Of a DNA stretch of 64,000 nucleotides, positions 51,160 to 61,800 are shown piece by piece; the first letter of the stretch is position 1; the number at the start of each line of letters is the position of its first letter. The notes under the pieces were generated by a model. The model had not been told where the DNA came from. It did not search any database and saw nothing but the letters and a program-made list of their open reading frames with translations. The DNA comes from a virus. Made by a program: the position numbers and the translations under genes. The stretch is from positions 32,001 through 96,000 of the IMG/VR virus record IMGVR_UViG_3300032236_001232. One strand, 5' to 3'.

Positions 51160-54100
51160 TTAACAATAGTTTTCAATACTGGTTATGATACTTTGACGAA
51201 CCACTTGAATATTCATACTACTTGTAGAATAGTTAGGAGTAAATGTTATTTCAACATTTCCACTAACGATACTACCGCTAAATGTCCCAAGCTCGCCTAG
51301 AGTAGTTATAATACCGTACTCACTCATATAAACATTGGTACCATCTTGGATGACCATGATTTCTTGAGTGTGTATCTTACCACCGTTGTCAGTAAGTTGA
51401 ACCATGTATTTGGCACTGGTATAAGTACCGCTATCCCAGCTGTCAATAACCTCTGTCCAGCTTCCGTTAAGTCCGGTATAGCTTCCACCACTCTGCATGC
51501 TGTTGACAATGAACACACCGTCGATTGGCTTGCCGTCTGGGCTTTCACCACCAACATCACCGCCGTTGTTCATACCAGCGTAGAGCACACCGCCTACTGC
51601 AACATCGCCTAGTGCTTTAATAGCACCACGGACTCCTAACGATTGACTTGTTTGATCAAGATCCTTACCGTACACATCGACACTGTTATCGGTACTAGTA
51701 ATAGTTAACGATGTAGCAGTAAAGGTACCGGTAATATCGACATTATTAAGTGTCGCAGTACCAGTCGATATGATGTCCATAAACTGACTGCTTGTGCTGG
51801 ACAGTTTCTTTCCACCTAAGTAGATATCATTGGCAATGTAAACACTGCCGTTAAATGTAGCAGTTGTTCCAACATACAAGTCTTTCTGTATGCTAGCACC
51901 ACCTTGTGTGTTAAAAGAAACATAGTCGGCAGTATTAGCTAGGCTAGGATTATCATTGTTAATCCAAACCATTCTACCAAAGTAAGCACCACCGTTTGGT
52001 ATGTTCAACGCTGCGTCAGGATAACCATACCCACCTTCTGTACCATCGACTAGTAAAGTAGCAGTTTCAACAAATGTCGCTGTTACATTGTTAGCAAAGA
52101 TTGTACCAGTTGAATGAACATCAGCAAATGTACCTGTGCTACCAGTAATCTGGTCAACACCATCTAGGCTATTACCCTGGACATACAGCGTGCCTTGAAC
52201 ATACAAGTCTGCGTTAATATAAGCATTTTGATCAACATATAAACCACCAGCAATACTTGCTCCACCAACTACTTGTAGGGCACCTGTTGCTGTTGTATTG
52301 GTTGAACTAGCTGCTGTTCCTTTAATAATGACACTGTTATTAACTGTTAGTGTGTTATTAAATGTTGTAGTACGAGTTAGCTCTTTAGTAGCCGAGTTAT
52401 AAACTACTAGAGTTGTAGCTGTACTATCATCACGCAGGGAATCTACATAGAACTTACCAGTGTCGTCGTAAACTTTAGTACCGTTTGGCAATGCTAGTTT
52501 ACCATCGATGCCATAAACCCACTCATTGCCAGCTTCACTGGTTTTGATTAGAACCTGTGACTGAGCATCAAGCACCAAGTCTCTAGCACCGCCGCCAAGA
52601 GCAACACTGTTCTCTTCACGTAGATTTGCAGTGCTATCAAACTCAACCCGACCAGTAGTTGATGTGAATACCAAGTTGCCACCGACACCCACCGACAATC
52701 CAACATTAACACCACCGTTTGGTACATCTAGTGCTGCGGTTACTGGACCATCATTATAGTTAGCATTGGAATCAATGTAGATAGCTTTCTTAGAATAGAT
52801 ACCACCGTTTGGAATCATCAACGCTGCATCGTTTGCATAACTGTAACCACCTTCTGTACCATCAATAGTGATAGTATTAGCACCAGTGATATTACCACCA
52901 GTCATAGTGATGTCGCCGCCGGTTCCGCCAGTGACTTCAAGCGCACCGCTAACTGATAGTGTAGCGCTACCACTGTTGTAGGTTAAACCGCTGTCGTCGA
53001 CTAGGTTAAGATCGTTATCAGTGAATACAACACGACCACTGGTTAAGTTTTGTGGACGAACATATGGTGCCTGGAAGTATTTGCTGCCACCATCATTGAA
53101 CACCAAGTTACCACTAGTGTTTAGTGTTAAGGTGATACCATCTGCTTCCATGTGTGCGCCGGCGGTGTTTACCCAAATAAAAGCATCGTTGTTATAGTTT
53201 AGTTGAGCATAGTAATCACTATATAATTCAATGCTTTGACCACTATCGGCAGCCAATACATTATCAGCCTCACCATCTTTACCAGTGCTATCGTTGGTAT
53301 AAAGGTTAACGGTATTAACTTTGAAAGAATAGTTATCACCATCATACTGTAGATAGCTGGTTGCTGTGGTTATATCATTGTCTTTCTGATACAAGACACT
53401 CCACTGTGGACCAACAACGTTGGTTGCTGTAGTAGCACGACCGACTGAAGTTCCCGAAGCACTTTGCCAAGTAGCTGTAGTACCACCGTTATCCCAAGTT
53501 AAAACTTGATGATCAGCTGTTCCAGCAGGAATAAATGTTGTCTCACCGCTGGCTGTTTGAATTGGAATCTGTCCATTCAAACCACGATTTAAGTTATCTG
53601 CTTTTGTAGCAGTACCATATAACTTGTTATGTGTACCTGTTTCGTCTTGTAGATAGATATCACCAGCAATGCCAACACCACCAGCAATAATCAGTGCGCC
53701 AGTTCCGGTATTAGATGATGGAGTAGTATTAACCAGTTCAATAGCACCAGTCTTAAATGTGCCATATGTTGTGCCAGTAAATACACCACCTGCTGTTTCA
53801 GTTCCGTCACTATACCACTCTAAATAACTGCTGTCGTTAGCAAACCCTAAGAATGCGTTTTTGTCAGCACCTTTGTAGTAGTGGAAAATAAAACCAATGT
53901 CTTTACCATCATCTGTACCCCAGGCGTGATTGTTTAAATCACCACCGTTTGGTGTGTGCATGTTGATGATATTGTCTGTATAGACTGTGTTGGTAGAATA
54001 TACATAAGTTGCTGTACCATTAAATGTTACACTGCCACGGAATGTTGTATCCCCAGCAACAACTAGTGTCTTGTCAACCCAAGCACCGCCGTCAACGTAG

Positions 54101-55467
54101 AATGCGTTAGAAGTTTTAGTTCCTGTATTTGCAGCAGCACTCTTAACAATCAAGTTGTCGCCGATGTAAACACCGCCTGCTACTTTTAGTGCAGCATCGC
54201 CGCCGCCTGAATCTGTAGCAGTTTGTGTGCTGTCGATGATTGCTCGCTTGTTAACATAAAGTCCACCGCTGGATAGATTTAATGCTGGGTAACTGCCATT
54301 GGCATCATTTGTGCTGGCTATTACTACGTTAAGACCAAAATTAGCGCCGCCATTTGGAACATTTAGCGCACCGATACCTGTATCACCGCCTTCGGTACCA
54401 TCGATAAGCACATTTTTGGCAACGTAAATACCACCTTGGCCAACATGTAATGATGCTGAACTACTTGTTGCATCATTGGTTGTAGAACCACCAATGTAAA
54501 CATCTTGATCAACATAAGCACCTCCAGAGGCTACTCTTAATGCTCCGCCACCGGCTGTTGAACCGTTAGTTGTGCTGTCAATCTGTAGATCTTTATTGAT
54601 GTAAGCACCACCTTGATCTAACTTTAGAGCAGGTTCGGCATCTCCAGCAGCACCACTAGAATGAATAAACACATTCTCATGGATGTATGCACCACCGTTT
54701 GTAAGTACTAATGCACCAGCAGGAGTACCACTGGCATGAGTAGTACCGTCAATTTTTAAATCGTTGTAAATGTAAGCACCACCGGCACTGACATTTAGGG
54801 CTGGGTGAGCATCGGCTGCATCGCCGGTGTCGCTTAATTTAACACCACCGTTACTAACACCTTTGATTTCTAATGCAGCAGTGGAAGTAGCATTAGCAAG
54901 ATGAGTTAATTTTAAGACACCGCTGTTATCAAAAACCAATTCATTTAAATTTGAACCGTTGTTGTTTGTCTGGAAAATAACACCATCAGTTCCGTTTACA
55001 GTAACCTCAGCATAGGCGTTACCGGGACCGTATAACCCAGCATTATAAATCAAACTTGAAGCAGCGTCGGAGCTGACTTTTGTACTACGACCGGAAACAG
55101 CCTTAACTGTTAAATCATATCCGGTGTTTAATCCAGTAATACCTTCGTTACCGTCAATAACGATATTGCTGACTGTGCTAACACCGTCAACTACTAATGT
55201 ACCAGCAGCATATGTATTGCCTGTTGCGGCTTGAATAGTGAAATTACCATTGTTAACATCGACATTGCCGGCAACAGTTAATGTGCTTTTTAGAACGCTA
55301 GGACCAAAAACAGTAGCACTGCTTCCGATCAATATGTCCTTAGCGAACGCGGCGCCACCATTCACTTGTAGCGTGCCGGTGTTGCCAGTTGATGTAGATA
55401 CCGGGTTAGTCGTTCCTTGAACGATTAAACCAGATTTTACAATAAAATCTTTAGAAAGTAGTGCCAT
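51160..55467 (-). CDS. Long fibre protein
   Basis: 1435 aa; repeated ALxVxxGGAYI units; N-terminal DFIVKSGL; C-terminal IDSW...SAKY...EY domain. Confidence 0.8.
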   Translation of the reverse strand: MALLSKDFIVKSGLIVQGTTNPVSTSTGNTGTLQVNGGAAFAKDILIGSSATVFGPSVLKSTLTVAGNVDVNNGNFTIQAATGNTYAAGTLVVDGVSTVSNIVIDGNEGITGLNTGYDLTVKAVSGRSTKVSSDAASSLIYNAGLYGPGNAYAEVTVNGTDGVIFQTNNNGSNLNELVFDNSGVLKLTHLANATSTAALEIKGVSNGGVKLSDTGDAADAHPALNVSAGGAYIYNDLKIDGTTHASGTPAGALVLTNGGAYIHENVFIHSSGAAGDAEPALKLDQGGAYINKDLQIDSTTNGSTAGGGALRVASGGAYVDQDVYIGGSTTNDATSSSASLHVGQGGIYVAKNVLIDGTEGGDTGIGALNVPNGGANFGLNVVIASTNDANGSYPALNLSSGGLYVNKRAIIDSTQTATDSGGGDAALKVAGGVYIGDNLIVKSAAANTGTKTSNAFYVDGGAWVDKTLVVAGDTTFRGSVTFNGTATYVYSTNTVYTDNIINMHTPNGGDLNNHAWGTDDGKDIGFIFHYYKGADKNAFLGFANDSSYLEWYSDGTETAGGVFTGTTYGTFKTGAIELVNTTPSSNTGTGALIIAGGVGIAGDIYLQDETGTHNKLYGTATKADNLNRGLNGQIPIQTASGETTFIPAGTADHQVLTWDNGGTTATWQSASGTSVGRATTATNVVGPQWSVLYQKDNDITTATSYLQYDGDNYSFKVNTVNLYTNDSTGKDGEADNVLAADSGQSIELYSDYYAQLNYNNDAFIWVNTAGAHMEADGITLTLNTSGNLVFNDGGSKYFQAPYVRPQNLTSGRVVFTDNDLNLVDDSGLTYNSGSATLSVSGALEVTGGTGGDITMTGGNITGANTITIDGTEGGYSYANDAALMIPNGGIYSKKAIYIDSNANYNDGPVTAALDVPNGGVNVGLSVGVGGNLVFTSTTGRVEFDSTANLREENSVALGGGARDLVLDAQSQVLIKTSEAGNEWVYGIDGKLALPNGTKVYDDTGKFYVDSLRDDSTATTLVVYNSATKELTRTTTFNNTLTVNNSVIIKGTAASSTNTTATGALQVVGGASIAGGLYVDQNAYINADLYVQGTLYVQGNSLDGVDQITGSTGTFADVHSTGTIFANNVTATFVETATLLVDGTEGGYGYPDAALNIPNGGAYFGRMVWINNDNPSLANTADYVSFNTQGGASIQKDLYVGTTATFNGSVYIANDIYLGGKKLSSTSSQFMDIISTGTATLNNVDITGTFTATSLTITSTDNSVDVYGKDLDQTSQSLGVRGAIKALGDVAVGGVLYAGMNNGGDVGGESPDGKPIDGVFIVNSMQSGGSYTGLNGSWTEVIDSWDSGTYTSAKYMVQLTDNGGKIHTQEIMVIQDGTNVYMSEYGIITTLGELGTFSGSIVSGNVEITFTPNYSTSSMNIQVVRQSIITSIENYC

Positions 55468-55492
55468 TTTTTAAATTTCCTTTAGTTATAGT

Positions 55493-56272
55493 CTATGAGG
55501 CTAATCCTGTCCTCAACACTTTAATATTTTTAGCAGTTGGATAGTAAGGTGTAAAATACAATCTCACTATTTCGTCCATTTGAACGTCTGCTTCAAACTC
55601 CCCCATCTCCCCATTTGTAGTTAATACAGCATATTCTGTTGCATATACCGTACCTACATTATCCACCAACAACAGTATTTCGATGGTCTGAAAGTCTGCT
55701 GTGGGTCCATCCCCTTCGTCTATTTGTATTAGATACTTGGCTGACCTAAATTGGTCAACTGAATAAGAATCTATTACTACAGTTCCAGTCGTATTTACCA
55801 ACATTACCGTAGAATCAAACACTGCATCCATGATTTTGACCGATTCTGAAGTCAATCTTCCTTCCACCCAAATATCCCCACCTACACCTATCCCGCCTTC
55901 TACTAACAACGCTCCTGTAGTTGTGCTAGTAGATTCGGTAGTGTTTAAAATTATTATTTGGTTGGTGGTGGTGTTGCCAACATCAGTTACTCTCTGTAGG
56001 TTAGGTGCCGGGGCATATTGACCAATAGTAGCTGTAGTGACAATTTCAGCACCATTAATAGTGCTGGTTGTCCCGGCGTTAATTGCTCCGCCTACTCCGA
56101 CACCACCGGCGACTACCAATGCTCCTGTGGTTGTGCTAGTAGACTGTGCGCTGCCACCTACAGATAATGGACTAGTCTTGATCCAAGCATATCCGTTCCA
56201 TACCCATGTGTTAGACCCAATAGTCCAAGTATCTCCAACATTAGGATTAGGAGGAAAATTTAATTCTGACAT
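55493..56272 (-). CDS. Short fibre adaptor protein
   Basis: N-terminal LNFPPNPNVGD...WNGYAW; TGALVVAGGVG units; C-terminal IDSY...SAKY...EY domain. Confidence 0.75.
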   Translation of the reverse strand: MSELNFPPNPNVGDTWTIGSNTWVWNGYAWIKTSPLSVGGSAQSTSTTTGALVVAGGVGVGGAINAGTTSTINGAEIVTTATIGQYAPAPNLQRVTDVGNTTTNQIIILNTTESTSTTTGALLVEGGIGVGGDIWVEGRLTSESVKIMDAVFDSTVMLVNTTGTVVIDSYSVDQFRSAKYLIQIDEGDGPTADFQTIEILLLVDNVGTVYATEYAVLTTNGEMGEFEADVQMDEIVRLYFTPYYPTAKNIKVLRTGLAS

Positions 56273-56300
56273 ATTTCTACTCTTTGTTCGTTAATCATTT

Positions 56301-58406
56301 TTATATTGCCGATGTAAATTGTATCCAGAACGTGCTAGTTCCGTCTTTAATATATTGTAGTTCAACCCCAAAATTAGGATCAATCCAAAAATCCCCAACT
56401 CTTGGACCCGGCGGCGGTGATGTTGATATCGTTACCCTCGGGGTATATAGTAAATTATTTTCATATGCATTACCGTCCATACTATAAATGCTACCAGGGA
56501 CATTTAATGTGCTAGTTCCAGTAACAAAATAAGTGCTTGTGGATTTGTCAGTTGTAATATATGTTAATGCACTATCGCTGTCTATTGGGCTATAATCCCC
56601 AATTAGTTCACTTAATCCTAGATAGTATGTTTGTAAAGGGACAGTATCATTAATAAACACATTGTCACTATTGGTAGCAGTAGATGCTAGACCGGCAGAT
56701 AATGAAGAAAAATCTTGCCAGGTTGCAGTGCTACCATTGCTGGTTAATACTTTATTGTTACCACCGATAGGAATAAATCCAGTAACCCCGTCGGCAGTTT
56801 GATACGGTATACTACCTAGCGCTCCGCCTGCTAAATTAGTTGCAGTAGTAATGGTACCTGTAATCAAATATCTTACATTCATTCCATTGTAGAATGTGGC
56901 CATTCCGGTGACCATTAAATCACCTTTAATTCCAGTCCCGCCAAACACAGTTAGAGCACCATATGGACTTAGACTGTTTATTTTACCACCACTAACGTAA
57001 GTTCCAAACCCAGTTCCATTAACGGGTTGGGTTAATGCTTCATCATAATAGATACTGAATGTAGTAGTTCCTAAGTAACTAGCCCAATAAATTTGATCAT
57101 TTAATTCGGTAGTTCCTACTATTTCTGTTAATACAACTTCTGTTCCTGTGCTAATTTCGTAAGTGCTGTCAATATGAACTACAACTGGATTGGTTTTATC
57201 AATTCCTAATATGTCAGTTAGATATATTGTGGCGCTTACCTCAGTCCCTAACCCAATACCGGTATTACTGTTGAGTTGTAAATAACCGTTTCCATCGTAA
57301 TAGAACACGCTACCAATATTAACTTGGTTATCTAGCCCATTGACTAGGTTATCACCACCTATACTGATATTGGCGGTGCCTCGAGTTATGTTATTTCCAA
57401 CTTCGTGACCTAGGAATATATTGTAGCTACCTGTGGTTAAATTAACAGCAGTACGGTCTCCAACAAGTAAGTTTTGTTTACCATTAATAAGATTACGACC
57501 TGCGTCTGTTCCAATAGCAATATTGTCATCCCACACAGTATCAAGATATACTGTTCCGCTGTTTACGTAAGCAGTATATCCGCTACCGTTAACAGGAATG
57601 CTTAAATTAATATCCGAATACAGGGCAATTGATGATGGGCTTAATACATTAATGTAGTAATTGTTATTATTAAGCTGAGTTGTACCAATAATACCATCTA
57701 TGGTAACTAATGTTCCTGTGCTTAACCCATGTTGTGGAGCAGTAACTACTACAGCAGGTCCACCTAATGCAACATTAGTAACTGTTGCTGCTGTTAGTAA
57801 ATGATAAATTCCTAGATTTTTAAGAGCACTATCACCAATAGCAATGGAATTATTAATCTGTGTGCCCGAACTAAGAGCATAACGACCTACTGCAATACTT
57901 TTATAACTTGTTGAGAGTCCTGTTAATGCGTCGTAACCGATGACAATACTTTCTTGACCATTAAAATCATTATCTACTGTAGGGGTAGCAACACCCTGTA
58001 TAACAATATTATTAAGTCCTTGCCACCCTTGACCAATAGTTAATCCATTAACATGTATATCTTTTTCTGTCCATAGTGCATCACTAATCCCAACACCGCC
58101 TTTGATAATTAGCGCACCTGTGTTTGTGCTTGTGCTAGCTGTTCCACCGGCTACAATAACAACGCCGGTTCCGGTCCCTATCAATTTTATATCTTGATTA
58201 GCGATATTGCTGAATACATTACCTGAACTAAATTCTAAATTACCCAAGCTGGATCTATAACTGGTACGCAATAAGTTGTCGGTAACTAGCGTATAGCCAG
58301 TACTGGTAGTAGGAGTTGGTGGTAATTGGGGTTGCGCCCCTTTAAGATCAATAAATTGACCGCTTCCACCGCGTCTTAGAGTTGATCCGCTTAATAATGA
58401 TGGCAT
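56301..58406 (-). CDS. Fibre/virion structural protein with NxAIG repeats and two E1-FCCH-like beta domains
   Basis: PAVVVTAPQHGLSTGTLVTIDGIIGTTQLNNNNYYI and a second copy (NPVVV...STGTEVVLTEIVGTTELNDQIY); C-terminal VGDFW module. Confidence 0.7.
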   Translation of the reverse strand: MPSLLSGSTLRRGGSGQFIDLKGAQPQLPPTPTTSTGYTLVTDNLLRTSYRSSLGNLEFSSGNVFSNIANQDIKLIGTGTGVVIVAGGTASTSTNTGALIIKGGVGISDALWTEKDIHVNGLTIGQGWQGLNNIVIQGVATPTVDNDFNGQESIVIGYDALTGLSTSYKSIAVGRYALSSGTQINNSIAIGDSALKNLGIYHLLTAATVTNVALGGPAVVVTAPQHGLSTGTLVTIDGIIGTTQLNNNNYYINVLSPSSIALYSDINLSIPVNGSGYTAYVNSGTVYLDTVWDDNIAIGTDAGRNLINGKQNLLVGDRTAVNLTTGSYNIFLGHEVGNNITRGTANISIGGDNLVNGLDNQVNIGSVFYYDGNGYLQLNSNTGIGLGTEVSATIYLTDILGIDKTNPVVVHIDSTYEISTGTEVVLTEIVGTTELNDQIYWASYLGTTTFSIYYDEALTQPVNGTGFGTYVSGGKINSLSPYGALTVFGGTGIKGDLMVTGMATFYNGMNVRYLITGTITTATNLAGGALGSIPYQTADGVTGFIPIGGNNKVLTSNGSTATWQDFSSLSAGLASTATNSDNVFINDTVPLQTYYLGLSELIGDYSPIDSDSALTYITTDKSTSTYFVTGTSTLNVPGSIYSMDGNAYENNLLYTPRVTISTSPPPGPRVGDFWIDPNFGVELQYIKDGTSTFWIQFTSAI

Positions 58407-58418
58407 CGTATTTCTCTA

Positions 58419-58799
58419 TTATGAATTTGCAGTTTCTAATATACTTAAAACTAATTGCAGAGAATTTTCATTCCCAGCATAGGCATAAACTTTATCTAAA
58501 CTTTCTATAATCATTTTACCTGTTAGTGGGGTTCCTGCGTCATTTTCAGGAATTGCAAAATTTTTCACCAAATAACTAGTTCCGGTACTCTGATAACCAT
58601 TTCCCTGAGCATCAGCTAATACCGGTCGTGTTCTATAATGTAGGAAACTGACAGTTTGTGTAGTAGTGGTTAAGTTAGCTACCTGTGCCATTAATACAAT
58701 TGCTGTAACACCAATAGGTGCTGTATAAACTGTGGATGTGGTACTAGTGGTTAACACTGCCGTTTTTGTTAAAAATTTATTTAATGGTAACTGTGCCAT
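58419..58799 (-). CDS. Small virion structural/adaptor protein
   Basis: 126 aa; VYTAP.G.TAIVL.AQVAN...LSILE; coupled between fibre genes. Confidence 0.65.
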   Translation of the reverse strand: MAQLPLNKFLTKTAVLTTSTTSTVYTAPIGVTAIVLMAQVANLTTTTQTVSFLHYRTRPVLADAQGNGYQSTGTSYLVKNFAIPENDAGTPLTGKMIIESLDKVYAYAGNENSLQLVLSILETANS

Positions 58800-58813
58800 T
58801 TTATTTTATCCTA

Positions 58814-61800
58814 TTATTCGATTGCTAATATGAATGGAGTCATATTTGCGTATAAACTTTGTACAAATGTTCTTCCGCTTAGAACTCCAGTTGCCTGACT
58901 AATGACTAAACCTCGTCCTATGCGGAAGTCACCGTTTTGATCGGTGCTGGTAAAGAACACTTTGCCGCCATCTAGGGGTATTGTTTCTTTAGCCTGAACA
59001 GGATCTAAGATTCCCCTTTGAGGTAGTGCTCCATAATTAGTACCTGCTCCTACATATTCAAATAGATATCCGCTGGCGCTAATATAGCTACGTTGGTAGA
59101 AATTAACTGTAGCACCGTCTGGGAACAAATCTGTGCTAACAACTGCTTCACCTAGTTCTACTATGTGATGCGTTCCTGCCCTAGACCAATAACTTAATCC
59201 GCTCATTACACTATTATAGTTGCCGCCTGTTTCTAAATCGTAAATTAATCTCTGTAAAATAATTTTAGTATCGCGTTTACATTTTGTATCGATATAATCT
59301 ATTTGGGCTTGTGTTAATCCGCTGAATACACCAGGCTGCATAGCATGAACATATGCTGTTACTTCGTCTGCTAAGAAGTCTAAATTTTCTTTAATTAGTG
59401 TAATAGCGGAACCTGCTCCACTGGTTATTGTTCCAGTTTTTGTTACAGAATTCGCCGGCACCACTGCTTTGGCGGCGGTAATATTAGCTGCTCCTATTAT
59501 GTTGGTTATATTAGCAAATCTAGTATTAATGAACGCTGTAGCACTACCGCCACCTGTAATCAATGGTAATACAACTTGACTACTAGTTGTCATATATGTA
59601 GGAGATACGGTAGTGTTACTAATAACTTTGTTAGTTAAAGTGTTTAAGTAGACCATAGAAGCAATATGTGCGTTTACTTGATTATAAGTAGGACCTTGAT
59701 ATAAATTAGTATCACTTGGTGGTACTAAAATATTATTGTTTAATTCGTAAGGATTTGTAGCAACTGTACTGCTTAATACTGTATAATAACTGTTACCGCA
59801 GAAATACAGTGTGAAGTAAGTAGGGTTAGTAGGATCTCCGGCAGTTCCAGTAGATGCTGGATATAATGCCTTATTAAATGTAATGGCATTATAATTAATA
59901 TCAGTTACTACTGTTCCTGTACCAGCATACCATACACCATTATCATCATACTGTCTACCATACTGATCTCTAATATAAACGTCATTACCTACGGCAATGT
60001 CTGTTGTATCAATATCTCTTAAAATAATTGTAGAAGTTGTTAGTGTTCCGGTACTGGGTTGGGCATTTAAAAATCCAGGGAAACCTTGTTCATTGATGTG
60101 TCCTACTGGTGGTTCAACTTCCATTATTAAAGAAATGTGTGGACGATCTGCTGTATCCGGTAGGAAAACTTCTACCTTTCCCTTATTGGGCCAAAACCCA
60201 TTGGGATAATATTGATCTAATCCGTCTGCTCCCGGGCTAAATGGATAAGCTCTATTAGGAGGATTAAACACAGTGCCACCAAAAGCCCTCGGCCCATATC
60301 CTTTGGCAACCAAACATTGATCTCCAAAGTTACTATTACTGTTTGTGATAGATGCTATACCACCATTTTCTACTAGAACAGCAGTAGAACAGAAAATTGT
60401 AAACACTGACACCAACTGAGCATAACCATTGTTGGTGATATGCACACCTTTTCCACCTTGCGGTAACTGGGTAAATGCGTCATAGACAAAGGATTGAATA
60501 GGACTAATGTCGCTGACTACAGCGCCGTCTACTAAACTTCCGCCCATTGCACCGATAGGATCGACCTTTCTCTGGTTCCAGGTATTTGCATTACCTGTAT
60601 ATTCTAGACTTAGTTGTTCAACTTCAAAATCTTGTTTAGGGAATATGTAAGTATTACCAAAATATAAGGTAGCATTATTTCCAAAACCTATTGTGGCTGT
60701 GCTGAGACCAACGGTATATACCTGGTTAGTGTTGGTAACTGATACTACTGTTGGGGCTATTTTAACATCTGCCCCGTTTATACCAGTTAAAGAAAATAAT
60801 CCACCTCCAGCATAAGACGGAGGAGCAGCACTAACTCCATTGTTTATAATGGTTGTAACAATATTAAAGTTTCGTTTAACTGCTTCCTGGGGCATATAGT
60901 CCCCACCGTATTGGAAGAATGTGTTTATGACTTGATTGTGTGTTACACCTGTGAATGTATTAGTGCAAACAGTATTAGCAATAACTTCTAAACTGCGATC
61001 TCTTGCATAATTTATAGCATTAGTTGTTGTGGTCAGTTGATGGGCAACATAGTTGTAACCGCGATTCCAATAACTTAATCCTGCTTCAACACTTTTTTGA
61101 TTGCCGCCTAATAAAATATCTTGGCTAACTGCATCAATAATTAATCCAACATCTCTATAACATTTATCGTTATCGTAAGTGAATCCTGGGTAAGTAGCAT
61201 TGATCCATTTGATAGTATTTTCTTGGATAAATGATCTATTGGCCTGCATTAGTATTTCTGCACTAACAAATGCTGCATCGGGGCCCGTGCTTTTATAAAT
61301 GTCTGGAGAATTAGACGGACTTGTTATTGTTGCTGTTACTATTCCATATAAGGTAGAAATAGATGCTGTAGATATTGCCCCACCGGGTAAGGCCCAGTTA
61401 ATAACTTGGTGTGCGGTATAGCCAGTATAGGTATTTGTACAAGTGGTATTGGTAACAATCTCTTTACTACGATCTCTTAGATATTCGATTGCCGCGATGG
61501 TTTGTGCTTCTTGTCCAGCAATTACACTAACTACTCCGTTATAATATGCCAATCCGCTTTCAACAGACTTTTCATTGCCACCAAATGCAGCATCATATGC
61601 TGTATTTTCTACTAAAATGCCAACATCTCTATAGCATTTTTCTCGATTATATTCAAATCCTGGAAATAGTGCATCAACACGAGCAACAACTTGTTGCTGT
61701 AAGAAAGGCTTATTGGCCAATAACAGCGTTCTTGCATTAAAGAATCCAGGATTTTGTTGACCAGCATTTACACTCATTCCTACTGCAATCGTTCCAGTGC

